Sequence record: MN445185.1
DNA from: Escherichia phage vB_EcoM_EC001
DNA: 64,000 nt
Reading direction: 5' to 3' (one strand)
Part shown: positions 26,624 to 35,758 of the stretch, piece by piece
Layout of the letters: each line of letters starts with the position of its first letter
Numbering within the stretch: position 1 is the stretch's first letter
Program-made: the position numbers and the translations under genes
Notes under the pieces: model-generated
The model's input: only the letters and a program-made list of their open reading frames with translations
Told to the model about the DNA's origin: nothing
Database searches by the model: none

Positions 26624-27223
26624 ATGAAAAAGATTTATAAAATTGCGGTAATCGGTTCTCGGAAGACCGATGAAGATACCATGTCTGAAATGTACATGCG
26701 ATTGTTACGTGGGTTTAATGCGCTGCACGCCAAAGATTACACGATTCGTTTTTCTTCTGGCGGCTGCTGGTGTGGTCCAGACCAATTGCAATTCCGATTT
26801 GCCCGACAGTGGGCGAATACAATAGACCAAGATACCGGCAAGAAAGTGGCGTGGGATGATGAGTTCATTTGTTACCTACCCGATGAGAAAAAGCTCTGGC
26901 TCAGGAAACAGAATCCCAACGTAGAGTTCCGTGTAATCCCTCAGGATGACCGCTATCGTGAGATAGTAGGTAAGCTTCATCCCGCGCCAGAAAAGCTCCA
27001 GGAGTTCGCCTGGGCGCTTCACGGGCGTAATCTGAATATAATTATGGGCGATGATTTAGCAACGCCTGTAGACGCAGTCTATTACTCTGCGCCTTTAGAT
27101 AAACAAGGTAATCCGACCGGCGGTACTGCAATGGGCGTAAAATACGCTAAGCAGTGTGGTATTCCTTGTTACCACCATGCGCTTGAAGGACATCTGTGGC
27201 TTGAGAGCTTGTGCTTATTATGA
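26624..27223 (+). CDS. SLOG/DprA-like Rossmann-fold protein (tentative)
   Basis: N-terminal AVIGSR and downstream SSGGCWCGPD resemble the GSR ... SGG.G.D pattern of the SLOG superfamily. Confidence 0.35.
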   Translation: MKKIYKIAVIGSRKTDEDTMSEMYMRLLRGFNALHAKDYTIRFSSGGCWCGPDQLQFRFARQWANTIDQDTGKKVAWDDEFICYLPDEKKLWLRKQNPNVEFRVIPQDDRYREIVGKLHPAPEKLQEFAWALHGRNLNIIMGDDLATPVDAVYYSAPLDKQGNPTGGTAMGVKYAKQCGIPCYHHALEGHLWLESLCLL

Positions 27224-27253
27224 CCACGTTGCCTTTAATCAGAGGTCGCTATT

Positions 27254-27526
27254 ATGCAAACAACCGGTTTAGCTCGTCGTTTGTGGGAAGCCTTCTTCCC
27301 CACGCCATCAAAACCCATTAAGAAGGTGACTAGCCTTCGCTTGTTCCCAGGCACCGAGGATGAGTTCTTCGATTACCTGGAACGGCATGGTTTTGATTCG
27401 AAAGTTGCACCGCAGGAAAATGACCCAATTCAGACGGTCTACACTACACCGGATACGGGTGAAATATTTGCTTTGTGTGTTCGCTGGCCACATCGTAATT
27501 ATTACTACACTTTGACGCAGATATAA
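27254..27526 (+). CDS. hypothetical small protein
   Basis: 90-aa ORF. Confidence 0.5.
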   Translation: MQTTGLARRLWEAFFPTPSKPIKKVTSLRLFPGTEDEFFDYLERHGFDSKVAPQENDPIQTVYTTPDTGEIFALCVRWPHRNYYYTLTQI

Positions 27527-27536
27527 GGAGCAGGGG

Positions 27537-28670
27537 ATGTCGACGCTCGATTTAGATTTAGAAGTCCTGACTGACGACTACGATCGCCTGGTCGCACTCG
27601 AAGGTCTGGGAGTTAAGCCCGACTTCCCTGCGGTTTGCGCGATTCGTCAGCGTTGGTGCTTAACCGACGACGGTGAAGATATGTTGGTTGCTCGTGAATC
27701 GCGTGAAGCGATGGAGCGTGCTCAGTTTATGACTGATACCGACCCGCGAGCTGGTATCCATCGCGCAGCAGGGCGCATTACTGCGAAGGCTGTTAAAGGC
27801 GCTGGAAAGTTAGTGGGTGCTGGACTAGGTGCAACCGCAAAGGGTGCGGGTAAACTTTCGAAAAAGCTCGCATTACGCTTTTACGATTTCGCGGAAGCGC
27901 TAGCGAAAGAACAAGCCGACCGTTTGAAAGAAATAACTTCGAAAGCTGCTTTCATGGAACGTAAGCTCAATAAGCTTAAAACGCGAATGTCGCTGCTAGA
28001 TGAGCACAAAACACTCGCTGCAGTTGACGTTCACACTAGCAGCTGGACGTCTAAAATTTGTTTTGAAGATCGACCCGATTTTGAAGCGTGTGTTCGGTTT
28101 TCTAAACAAACAAATGCGTACGAAGGCGTCGTGCAAAAGTACACGGTTTACACACGCACTGCTCTGAAGAAAAGCAAAGCATTCGAAGGGCCGGGCTTAA
28201 AACAAATCAGCAAGTCCACAAACTGGGCAGTTAAGCGTGCCGCTGGATTGCTTGGCATCATCGATCCCTTTAAAAAGGTGGAAGCTTTTCCTGTTCCTGG
28301 AAATATCGTTGTGGTTGAGCACCATAGTGGTAAGATCAGTTGGGCAATTGCGCGTGACGGCGATTATGGTGAAACCATTAAATCGCTGGATATGCATCAG
28401 TGTGGGAAAGCAATAGAGGCTGTGGAAGCACTTATCAAATCTATTGCTGCGCGCGGAACAAAGAACCGTGTTGTAGGCTACACTGGTATCTACGAAGAAG
28501 TGGAAGCGATGAAGTCCGAGCTTAAGAACCTGGAAGGGGATGAGCTGAAAGAAGCCACTTTGCGCTACCGCAATGCAATGGCGATGGAAGACGCTTTTAC
28601 CACGGCATTGGTACGTGTGGCGGAGGGTCTAATGGAATGGACGAAGCAATCGCTGGCCGAGGTGAACTGA
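27537..28670 (+). CDS. hypothetical protein with Gly/Ala/Lys-rich repeat
   Basis: GGGGATG start context; internal KGAGKL repeats. Confidence 0.55.
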   Translation: MSTLDLDLEVLTDDYDRLVALEGLGVKPDFPAVCAIRQRWCLTDDGEDMLVARESREAMERAQFMTDTDPRAGIHRAAGRITAKAVKGAGKLVGAGLGATAKGAGKLSKKLALRFYDFAEALAKEQADRLKEITSKAAFMERKLNKLKTRMSLLDEHKTLAAVDVHTSSWTSKICFEDRPDFEACVRFSKQTNAYEGVVQKYTVYTRTALKKSKAFEGPGLKQISKSTNWAVKRAAGLLGIIDPFKKVEAFPVPGNIVVVEHHSGKISWAIARDGDYGETIKSLDMHQCGKAIEAVEALIKSIAARGTKNRVVGYTGIYEEVEAMKSELKNLEGDELKEATLRYRNAMAMEDAFTTALVRVAEGLMEWTKQSLAEVN

Positions 28671-29131
28671 TGAAGATTATTACCATAGTGGGGCCAGACA
28701 CGGCTAACGGCAGGAAATATTCCACAGATATCCTCGCGCTTTATAACGAGCTGGACAAAAGCGAAATAGAAAGCTATCGAAAAGAGACGGGTATTAATGT
28801 CCGTTTTACGCCGGCTAAATCGTTAGCCGAGCGCTTCCGGGGTCGTTTACTGGCGGTCGTGGACGACGGTGTCTTGTATGGCTTTGCGCAATACCGCACG
28901 ATGACTGAAGAGGGTGTGACGATGATGTCGGTATCCTCACTGGTCGTTAGCAGCAGCGCACGTGGTAAAGGTTACGGCACCGCGTTGATGGATGCGGTAA
29001 AGAAATCCGCAACGGAAAAAGGGTGTACAGTTGTTCACCTGTCCGTGAACGCCGGTAACGCTGCCGCGAAGTCGCTCTACGACAAAGCTGGCTTTAAGGT
29101 AGGTGCTTACCAGATGTATTGGAGGGTGTGA
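28670..29131 (+). CDS. GNAT-family N-acetyltransferase (tandem paralogue 1)
   Basis: motif A SSARGKGYGTALMDAV, motif B NAGNAAAKSLYDKAGF; N-terminus MKIITIVGPDTANGRKY parallels the next gene. Confidence 0.7.
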   Translation: MKIITIVGPDTANGRKYSTDILALYNELDKSEIESYRKETGINVRFTPAKSLAERFRGRLLAVVDDGVLYGFAQYRTMTEEGVTMMSVSSLVVSSSARGKGYGTALMDAVKKSATEKGCTVVHLSVNAGNAAAKSLYDKAGFKVGAYQMYWRV

Positions 29132-29595
29132 TGAAAATTGTTTTTGTCACCAAGCCCAACTCTCCGTATGGAAAGAAATACTACGCGGACTTGTTAGGAC
29201 TACACAACAAGTTATACGACGATCAGAAAATAAAACTTGCCGACTTAAACGGTCGTGAAGGGTTTAATCAAATCTCAAAACTGGAGGAGGTTTGGGGTGA
29301 AGGTACGCTGTGCGCTTGCGCCGTTGATGACCGTGGTGTGGCTGTTGGTTTCATCACCTTTGGCTACACCAAAAAGGGACAACGTTTCCTCTGGGTATAT
29401 AACTTTTTTGTAGATGAATCGGTTCGTTCACAAGGCGTTGGCCATGAACTGATCGAAGCCGTAGAGAACTATGGCAAATCAAAAGGCTGCGCATGGATGC
29501 AGCTTAACGTGCTCGGTAATAACGACCGTGCTATTGCGTTTTATGAACGTTTCGGATTCCGAACTGAATACCAGGATATGGTAAAGGAGCTTTAA
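29131..29595 (+). CDS. GNAT-family N-acetyltransferase (tandem paralogue 2)
   Basis: GGAGGG ribosome-binding site; motif A VRSQGVGHELIEAV, motif B NDRAIAFYERFGF; N-terminus MKIVFVTKPNSPYGKKY. Confidence 0.7.
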   Translation: MKIVFVTKPNSPYGKKYYADLLGLHNKLYDDQKIKLADLNGREGFNQISKLEEVWGEGTLCACAVDDRGVAVGFITFGYTKKGQRFLWVYNFFVDESVRSQGVGHELIEAVENYGKSKGCAWMQLNVLGNNDRAIAFYERFGFRTEYQDMVKEL

Positions 29596-29596
29596 C

Positions 29597-30205
29597 ATGG
29601 TGGCTGTCCGCAGCGTGCCACATCAGACTGGCTCGCGATATACTTTTTGTGTAAAGCGTTTCGGGGCAAGAAATCGCCCTGGTTGGAAGGTGGTACGTGC
29701 GATGGGACAGTTCTGGCAATTACCACCTGGCACGTTAAAATATTTTTCAGTAGACAGAATAACCCGGTTCTTAAACGCGGCTGACCCAAGTCAACGCTCC
29801 AGTTTTATGGCAGGGATCGTTTGTCGTCCCGATGGGAAAACACGCGATGCAACCACTCGTGGAATCTACTGGACAGGACAGAACGCGTTTCAGGTTGGCT
29901 TACCTTGCCTGAAGTGTGAAGTGACACCGTTTAATGGTCCCTACGCCGATGCGCACTTCACCGGTATCTTTGTGTCGTTCCCAGACGACCCGTCTTTAAA
30001 CTACTTTTTATCAGTGGACAAAGACGTCAGTATTGATACCTTTTACAAATACTTGTTGTTTTACAGCCGGTATATCCGCGTGACTCCTGTGCATGAAGAT
30101 TGGTATTATAAAAATCCCTTGAACTATGGGAGGGACAGGAGACTAGAAGGATGTTCTATCGAGAGCTTCAACTCTGTACCGCAGCGCTCCATGGCGCTAA
30201 TGTGA
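29597..30205 (+). CDS. hypothetical protein
   Basis: AAGGAG ribosome-binding site; 202 aa. Confidence 0.55.
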   Translation: MVAVRSVPHQTGSRYTFCVKRFGARNRPGWKVVRAMGQFWQLPPGTLKYFSVDRITRFLNAADPSQRSSFMAGIVCRPDGKTRDATTRGIYWTGQNAFQVGLPCLKCEVTPFNGPYADAHFTGIFVSFPDDPSLNYFLSVDKDVSIDTFYKYLLFYSRYIRVTPVHEDWYYKNPLNYGRDRRLEGCSIESFNSVPQRSMALM

Positions 30206-30522
30206 GCAAGAACGGGGACCTGGAAGACGTCGCGCAAGCCTTACGGGCTGTGTCGGAGGTTGACCAGGTCGACATCGACGCTAAGTATTTAGGCGGCGGT
30301 GTAAAGCGTATTCAGTTGACCGTGCGAGCCAAACATGGCAGCTGCTCGTTACATTTTCGAGTCAGTGCGGATTATTTCCTGGTACTGCGCTCCACATTCA
30401 GTCACGATGGTCGGACTCACCGGGTTCGGTGGATGCACGACATTACTAAATTTGGCTACCCGCTTGCAGAACAACGTAAAGTCGTACATGACTTTATGGC
30501 TGCAGTCGTTGCGGGGTTTTAA
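30151..30522 (+). CDS. hypothetical protein
   Basis: 123-aa ORF overlapping upstream gene by about 55 nt. Confidence 0.4.
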   Translation: MFYRELQLCTAALHGANVSKNGDLEDVAQALRAVSEVDQVDIDAKYLGGGVKRIQLTVRAKHGSCSLHFRVSADYFLVLRSTFSHDGRTHRVRWMHDITKFGYPLAEQRKVVHDFMAAVVAGF

Positions 30523-30534
30523 GGGGAGACTGTG

Positions 30535-31131
30535 ATGTCTGAGATGATTCTCGATTCGCTGTTTTTGATTACGGTTGCAAACATCAATAAAAACGGCAAT
30601 CTTCCAGAATACGTAGACATAAGTCGTCATGGCTTTAAGCGTCGTTATCAAATCGGTAAGGTACTAGAGATTGCCTGCTTAGTAACGAACATGCGTAGAC
30701 CGGTGGAAGGCTGTAGCGTTAAACATGCACAGATGATACTCGGGCGTGCTATTTCAGAAGTACGTCGTAAGCGTCGTCGTGCACCGTATCGCTTTTATCC
30801 TAACTCCACCAAACAGGTGGTCGGTGAGGGGGAAGGTGTGGTTGATTTGCGTGAGGCCAGTTGTAATGTAGGCGGTATTGCACGTGACTGGTTAATGAGC
30901 ATTATCAGTAAGCATCCACGTACACCTACGCCGCAAGAAGGACAGGCGGTACTCGCACTTATGCGTAAGACCCATTTGGTGATTACTGATACACCAAACC
31001 AGGCAGCACGAATGCAGCACTATTTGGCATGTCGTGGCTTCACCACACTTGCAGTACCTTCTGAATACACAGCTGATATTAAACTTCCGCCAGTCCCAGA
31101 TTGGTCTGAACCGACAGTTGATCATCAGTGA
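30535..31131 (+). CDS. hypothetical protein
   Basis: AAGGGGA ribosome-binding site; ATG at 30535. Confidence 0.55.
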   Translation: MSEMILDSLFLITVANINKNGNLPEYVDISRHGFKRRYQIGKVLEIACLVTNMRRPVEGCSVKHAQMILGRAISEVRRKRRRAPYRFYPNSTKQVVGEGEGVVDLREASCNVGGIARDWLMSIISKHPRTPTPQEGQAVLALMRKTHLVITDTPNQAARMQHYLACRGFTTLAVPSEYTADIKLPPVPDWSEPTVDHQ

Positions 31132-31136
31132 GTTAT

Positions 31137-31175
31137 ACCCACTCCTTCGGGAGTGGGTCGACTCTATTTTTTTTG
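31137..31175 (+). terminator. rho-independent terminator (UUCG loop)
   Basis: ACCCACTCC-TTCG-GGAGTGGGT then T-run. Confidence 0.85.
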
Positions 31176-31200
31176 GATAGATGTTATCTTAGGGAGACGT
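31176..31200 (+). promoter_or_regulatory. conserved promoter-like element, variant B
   Basis: GGATAGATGTTATCTTAGGGAGACG immediately after terminator. Confidence 0.5.
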
Positions 31201-31291
31201 GCAAAAATTACGTTTCATCCTTAGCATATGCTAGAAGCCGTTGTGAGTCGGTTAAAACTCACCAACTTAAACTTAAAAGCGAGTAAACAAA

Positions 31292-32056
31292 ATGTCAAAA
31301 CTCAATAAAGCAGCAACCAAAGAATGGCTTTCCGTACCTACCGCAGATGGTCAGTATCGCTACGTATTCACGTATGACGAAAATGACCTGACGGCAAAAG
31401 GTATTCCGCACATGTTAAGTCACAAACTGATTAACAGCGTGACCGGTGCCACCTTAGTAGGTTCCGGCGGAAGGACAATCTTTTGTGCCCCCAGTTGGGA
31501 TCAAACTGAACTGACCAAGAAAATGCTCGGTGAACTCCGGGCGGTTTCCGCACGTCTGTTCTTTAAGCTGATTGCCAGAAAACCGGCGCTATGGGATGCA
31601 TGGTCTCAACACAATCTCGAGGCATTGCGTGGGGAGTGTCTGAATTACGTATTGGTCGAAGAAGTGATTGATAACTTCTTCGCTAACGTGATGAAAACCG
31701 AACGACTGCGTAAGCCGAACACCGACGGTTATTCGTTTGTCTCCGTTAAGAGCAGCGAACTGATTCGGGGTGAGTTTGCAGGGCATGTCCTTTCGGTAAC
31801 TCGGAACCTGAGTTTCTTTGGCCAGCCTTTCAGTGAGCCAGTTGTTCAGGTAACTTATGATTTCCGTTTACCGTTTACTGTTCGGAATGAGTTTGACCCA
31901 GGTCAAGTTTCGTTGAAGTTTTTATATCCTCTCCAGTCATGGCCGTTATTGAAGAGGTTCTTAGCTGAGCCCCGTGTAGCTGCGGTGCTGCAAGCGTGGA
32001 TTGATTCATGGCCAGAAGGCATTGAGGAAAAATCGAAAACGCGAGTTGACTTCTAA
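31292..32056 (+). CDS. hypothetical protein
   Basis: 254-aa ORF. Confidence 0.55.
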   Translation: MSKLNKAATKEWLSVPTADGQYRYVFTYDENDLTAKGIPHMLSHKLINSVTGATLVGSGGRTIFCAPSWDQTELTKKMLGELRAVSARLFFKLIARKPALWDAWSQHNLEALRGECLNYVLVEEVIDNFFANVMKTERLRKPNTDGYSFVSVKSSELIRGEFAGHVLSVTRNLSFFGQPFSEPVVQVTYDFRLPFTVRNEFDPGQVSLKFLYPLQSWPLLKRFLAEPRVAAVLQAWIDSWPEGIEEKSKTRVDF

Positions 32057-32063
32057 GTAAGCT

Positions 32064-32098
32064 AGGCACTCTTCGGAGTGCCTATTATTTTTTTTCTT
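32064..32098 (+). terminator. rho-independent terminator (UUCG loop)
   Basis: AGGCACTC-TTCG-GAGTGCCT then TATTATTTTTTTT. Confidence 0.85.
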
Positions 32099-32159
32099 TA
32101 CGTATGCTCGCTATATTGTGACACCACTACAATTAATTAAACTTTTGGGGAAGAATAAA

Positions 32160-32783
32160 ATGTTAAACTCAGTGGCGCTGGATGGTCCAGATTTTTCTGG
32201 CAAATCAACACTCGCGAAAATGATTCAAGCGATGTTGCGCTCCGCTGGCGTTAATGTCATCATCGTCAATCACCCGACGAATACCACTGAAGCCGGTATT
32301 AGTGCACGTTCTCTGGTTATCCAGCACGCTTCTAACGAACGCATTGCTAAAGCGATGTGTCTGGATTTCCAATACACGATGGATTTCGTTGTACCAGAGC
32401 ACGATGTCGTTATTTTTGACCGTTTTTGTCAATCGACTATTGTCTACCAGGGCGTCGATGGTAAAGGGGAAGTTTTCCGTTCGCGGGTATTAGACCACAT
32501 TAACGCACCAAAGCTTTACGTGGCAACCGATGTATCTTACGAAACCGCCACAGAACGCTTTAAGAAGCGCGTAGAGGCACAAGGTAAGAACTGGGATGAT
32601 GAGGTACTGACAGCGAAGTATCTGCGCTCACAGACCGATTGGGACGCCTTACGCGACCATTACCGTTTTGCTTTCCACATCACCACAGATGGCGGCGATA
32701 AGTTCCCGCTGATGCGTGTTACGGCTGACGACGATATAGCGTTACAAGCCGCGCGTATCGTTGAACGTATTCTGGCAGGTTAG
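32160..32783 (+). CDS. tmk: thymidylate (dTMP) kinase-like nucleotide kinase
   Basis: P-loop LDGPDFSGKST; IFDRFCQSTIVYQG matches Tmk motif IGDRHDLSTQAYQG; start taken at ATG 32160 rather than upstream GTG. Confidence 0.65.
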   Translation: MLNSVALDGPDFSGKSTLAKMIQAMLRSAGVNVIIVNHPTNTTEAGISARSLVIQHASNERIAKAMCLDFQYTMDFVVPEHDVVIFDRFCQSTIVYQGVDGKGEVFRSRVLDHINAPKLYVATDVSYETATERFKKRVEAQGKNWDDEVLTAKYLRSQTDWDALRDHYRFAFHITTDGGDKFPLMRVTADDDIALQAARIVERILAG

Positions 32784-32789
32784 TTGTAC

Positions 32790-32828
32790 CCCTCTTACCT
32801 TCGGGTAAGAGGGTATTGTCTTTTTTTA
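32790..32828 (+). terminator. rho-independent terminator (UUCG loop)
   Basis: CCCCTCTTACC-TTCG-GGTAAGAGGG then T-run; same stem as 5775. Confidence 0.85.
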
Positions 32829-32870
32829 CAGATCAGAACAGTCTTATGCTTTTTGCTTCCACTCCACTAA

Positions 32871-32899
32871 ATTTCAGATATATATTACTTAGGTGAGAG
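32871..32899 (+). promoter_or_regulatory. conserved promoter-like element, variant A
   Basis: ATTTCAGATATATATTACTTAGGTGAGAG; conserved downstream AATCGACTATTAATCTAAAAGGAGTATT. Confidence 0.55.
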
Positions 32900-32947
32900 T
32901 TACTACTAAACTCTCTAATCGACTATTAATCTAAAAGGAGTATTCTA

Positions 32948-33313
32948 ATGCGTTTTAAACATCAAACCGTTGTGTTGGCAAAGAAAGCGTTTTTGGTTCG
33001 TCTTTCTTACATTATTACTCGTGTCACTGCGAAGGACGTTACGCAGAAAGACATTGCGTTATTAGTAGGCTGCTCACCGTCACAAATATCTGCGATTAAA
33101 AATGAACGTGAGAAGGCCGTGACTATCGAAACATTGATGCGGGTTGCTGATACACTGCGCCTGAATTACGAAATCGTCTACCGTTCCATCAACGGCAAAT
33201 GCCGCCATAGCTTTAAAATTGAATCATGCATCGATTACATGAACAACTGTCCTATCCGGGTACGAGAAACAGGACTTAAAGTCATGGCACGTAAACCTTC
33301 TGCAGTAATGTAG
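32948..33313 (+). CDS. helix-turn-helix (XRE/Cro-like) transcriptional regulator
   Basis: QKDIALLVGCSPSQISAIKNE ... TIETLMRVADTL matches helix-turn-helix pattern; first gene after promoter-like element. Confidence 0.5.
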   Translation: MRFKHQTVVLAKKAFLVRLSYIITRVTAKDVTQKDIALLVGCSPSQISAIKNEREKAVTIETLMRVADTLRLNYEIVYRSINGKCRHSFKIESCIDYMNNCPIRVRETGLKVMARKPSAVM

Positions 33314-33324
33314 GGAGCAAACGT

Positions 33325-33711
33325 ATGAATTGGTTTGTAAATGGTATCACCCGTCGCGTGATGACGGAAGAGGATGATCGATGTAAACATCTTAAAGTGG
33401 GCTCTATAGCCCCGCGCTATACGGCAGAGTGCGACCCATGGGGCCGCGAAACGTATTACATGTGCGAAGACTGCTGGGAAAAACTGCAGGCTGCAATTGC
33501 GGCGGAAGAAGTGGTCTGCGACGACTGCAAAGGTACCTTCCCGAAACGGGATACCGTTGAGTGGAAATGGTACGACTTTGACCCCAGTCAAGGGGATAAA
33601 GAACTCTGTATCTGTAATAACTGTGTGTCGTTACCGGTACATTTAAACCGTGTAGAGAATGACCGTCGGGCATTTGAACACGACTTTCCAGAAGCAACTT
33701 TCTGGGATTAA
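33325..33711 (+). CDS. Cys-rich zinc-finger protein
   Basis: multiple CxxC pairs (CEDCW, CDDCK, CICNNC). Confidence 0.55.
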   Translation: MNWFVNGITRRVMTEEDDRCKHLKVGSIAPRYTAECDPWGRETYYMCEDCWEKLQAAIAAEEVVCDDCKGTFPKRDTVEWKWYDFDPSQGDKELCICNNCVSLPVHLNRVENDRRAFEHDFPEATFWD

Positions 33712-34243
33712 CTAGTGTAAACCTTAAGGAGTATATCATGGCGAAGGCCCCTAAAACTGTAGCAAAAGATTCAACGGCAAGCACCGCGACTAAATCTGCA
33801 AAAACGTCTACTACAGAATTTCCACGTTCACCTACCATTCCTAAACCGGATGTAATTGTACCAATCAGTGAACGTCTGAAAACGATTCACATCGAACGTG
33901 AATTTCCGATTGACCTTGGTCAGGAAATCGTTGCGGTTAATCTTGGTAGTGATGTCCGCTTTACTATCTACAAGGGATTAACTAGTGTAAACCTTAAGGA
34001 GTATATCATGGCGAAGGCCCCTAAAACTGTAGCAAAAGATTCAACGGCAAGCACCGCGACTAAATCTGCAAAAACGTCTACTACAGAATTTCCACGTTCA
34101 CCTACCATTCCTAAACCGGATGTAATTGTACCAATCAGTGAACGTCTGAAAACGATTCACATCGAACGTGAATTTCCGATTGACCTTGGTCAGGAAATCG
34201 TTGCGGTTAATCTTGGTAGTGATGTCCGCTTTACTATCTACAA
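33704..34243 (+). repeat. perfect tandem direct duplication, 2 x 270 bp (33704-33973 and 33974-34243)
   Basis: both copies read base-by-base as identical; unit includes ribosome-binding site AAGGAG, ATG and first 79 codons. Confidence 0.9.
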
Positions 34244-34664
34244 AGGCGCGCATCTGAACAACATGGTGCTAACCCGCGGTGATGAAGTTATCGGTCTGTC
34301 TCGTTACGACACGCAAATCGAAAACATCTATCCGGTGTTTGCAGTAGCGATGTTGCGTTTGTTCATGCAGGATAAAGCCGACCTTTGTGGTCAGCTTGCG
34401 GGTATGGCGGATCGTGTTGGTCATATTCTGCCGACGCTGGTGAAACTGTACCCAGTTACGATTGACGTGGCGTTTACTACTGTAGACAACAACCACGGTT
34501 ATATCGTGCTGACCAAAGACGGTAAAGTTATCGCTGGCAATCTGACTGATAACGAAGTGCAGAAACATATGGACAAATTTGCGTTCATGGTGAATCGCTT
34601 AGCGCACGTCAGTGTCAAACATTCCGAAACTTGGACGGCGCTTGCCTCCAAACCGGAACTGTAA
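33738..34664 (+). CDS. hypothetical protein carrying in-frame duplicated N-terminal region (alternative start at second ATG, 34008, gives the unduplicated protein)
   Basis: 308-aa ORF; residues 1-79 repeated at 91-169, joined by translated former leader LTSVNLKEYI. Confidence 0.6.
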   Translation: MAKAPKTVAKDSTASTATKSAKTSTTEFPRSPTIPKPDVIVPISERLKTIHIEREFPIDLGQEIVAVNLGSDVRFTIYKGLTSVNLKEYIMAKAPKTVAKDSTASTATKSAKTSTTEFPRSPTIPKPDVIVPISERLKTIHIEREFPIDLGQEIVAVNLGSDVRFTIYKGAHLNNMVLTRGDEVIGLSRYDTQIENIYPVFAVAMLRLFMQDKADLCGQLAGMADRVGHILPTLVKLYPVTIDVAFTTVDNNHGYIVLTKDGKVIAGNLTDNEVQKHMDKFAFMVNRLAHVSVKHSETWTALASKPEL

Positions 34665-34667
34665 TCA

Positions 34668-34705
34668 TTAAGGGGTCTTCGGACCCCTTAATTTTTTGTC
34701 TTTTT
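34668..34705 (+). terminator. rho-independent terminator (UUCG loop)
   Basis: TTAAGGGGTC-TTCG-GACCCCTTAA then T-run. Confidence 0.85.
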
Positions 34706-34753
34706 ACGCATTATCCTCATGTTGTGACAGCAATACCTTTTGAGGGCATTACA

Positions 34754-35752
34754 ATGAAAACTGTGGCTAAATTGTTTCGCACCAGCATCCGCACTGCCGA
34801 GTTCCGAAATAACGTCGGTACCGATACTGTACGAGCACGCCGCCTAAAAGAGTTTCTAAAGGACGAGACTTATTCTGTTTACGTGGTGAAGAATAAAGAA
34901 ACCTGGGAGGGTTATTTAGTGGCCACCTATCGACACGGTGACCCTACACTAACCTGTCACTATTTTGAGGAGTTTGTACCTGGGGCGTTCGATAAAGTTG
35001 GTTTGGCCCTTGTGCTCGACCATACCGGATTCGAATATATGTCGTGCCCAGCACCTACTGACGATGTTGAACAAAAACTGGTCGAAAAAGGGTTTGTTCT
35101 TTCAGATATCGTTTGGGCATGTCATTCCAAACTGTTTGACAAAGTAATAACCGCACCGGAAATCAAGATTATTTCTGGTGATGCATACGCAGAACTTACC
35201 AAGGATGATAAAGACGTTATCCTGAATTTGATTAGCGGTGCAATTTGCGAAGAGCTAGAATACGATATGCGTGGCTACTATACGCACATTGGTCCGTTAG
35301 CAGAAACAGTAATAGCAAGAATTCAGCACGCTAATGTGGAGACTGCAATTTGGCGAGACGGTCATGATATCGTCGGTATTGCCCAGATGCGCTTGGTTAC
35401 ACCAGGCGTCGTTGAACTTTCTGGTTTAACCGTTGCACCCACGCACCGTAAACGTGGCATTGGTCGCCGGCTAATGGGCGCGCTATTCGATTTCGCACAA
35501 CGTCATTCCGACCAAGTCTATATTGAAACAGCTGCTGATAATAATCCAGCAAATCACCTGTATGGCAACATCTTACGTTGCAAGCAGGTACTGCGTACAC
35601 TAACGTTGAAACGCGATCCTGAACTTATTAGCTGGAAACGGGTGAATGGAAACCGCGCCGATCGTGTGCTGAAAGAAGAACCTAGCTTTCCGGTGGAGAC
35701 TACAACCAGGCTGACTATTAGTGATATGTTTCAATCTGGCATGAGAGGATGA
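34754..35752 (+). CDS. two-domain protein: N-terminal unknown domain fused to C-terminal GNAT acetyltransferase
   Basis: ATG 34754 with GAGGG upstream; C-terminal motif A VAPTHRKRGIGRRLMGALFDFA and motif B NNPANHLYGNI. Confidence 0.6.
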   Translation: MKTVAKLFRTSIRTAEFRNNVGTDTVRARRLKEFLKDETYSVYVVKNKETWEGYLVATYRHGDPTLTCHYFEEFVPGAFDKVGLALVLDHTGFEYMSCPAPTDDVEQKLVEKGFVLSDIVWACHSKLFDKVITAPEIKIISGDAYAELTKDDKDVILNLISGAICEELEYDMRGYYTHIGPLAETVIARIQHANVETAIWRDGHDIVGIAQMRLVTPGVVELSGLTVAPTHRKRGIGRRLMGALFDFAQRHSDQVYIETAADNNPANHLYGNILRCKQVLRTLTLKRDPELISWKRVNGNRADRVLKEEPSFPVETTTRLTISDMFQSGMRG

Positions 35753-35758
35753 TAACGG

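Noticed and set aside
33704-34243. CRISPR array or mobile-element terminal repeat as explanation for the 270-bp direct repeat
   Set aside because: Only two copies, abutting with no spacer, both inside one reading frame; no cas genes, transposase or integrase nearby. A tandem segmental duplication or assembly artefact fits.
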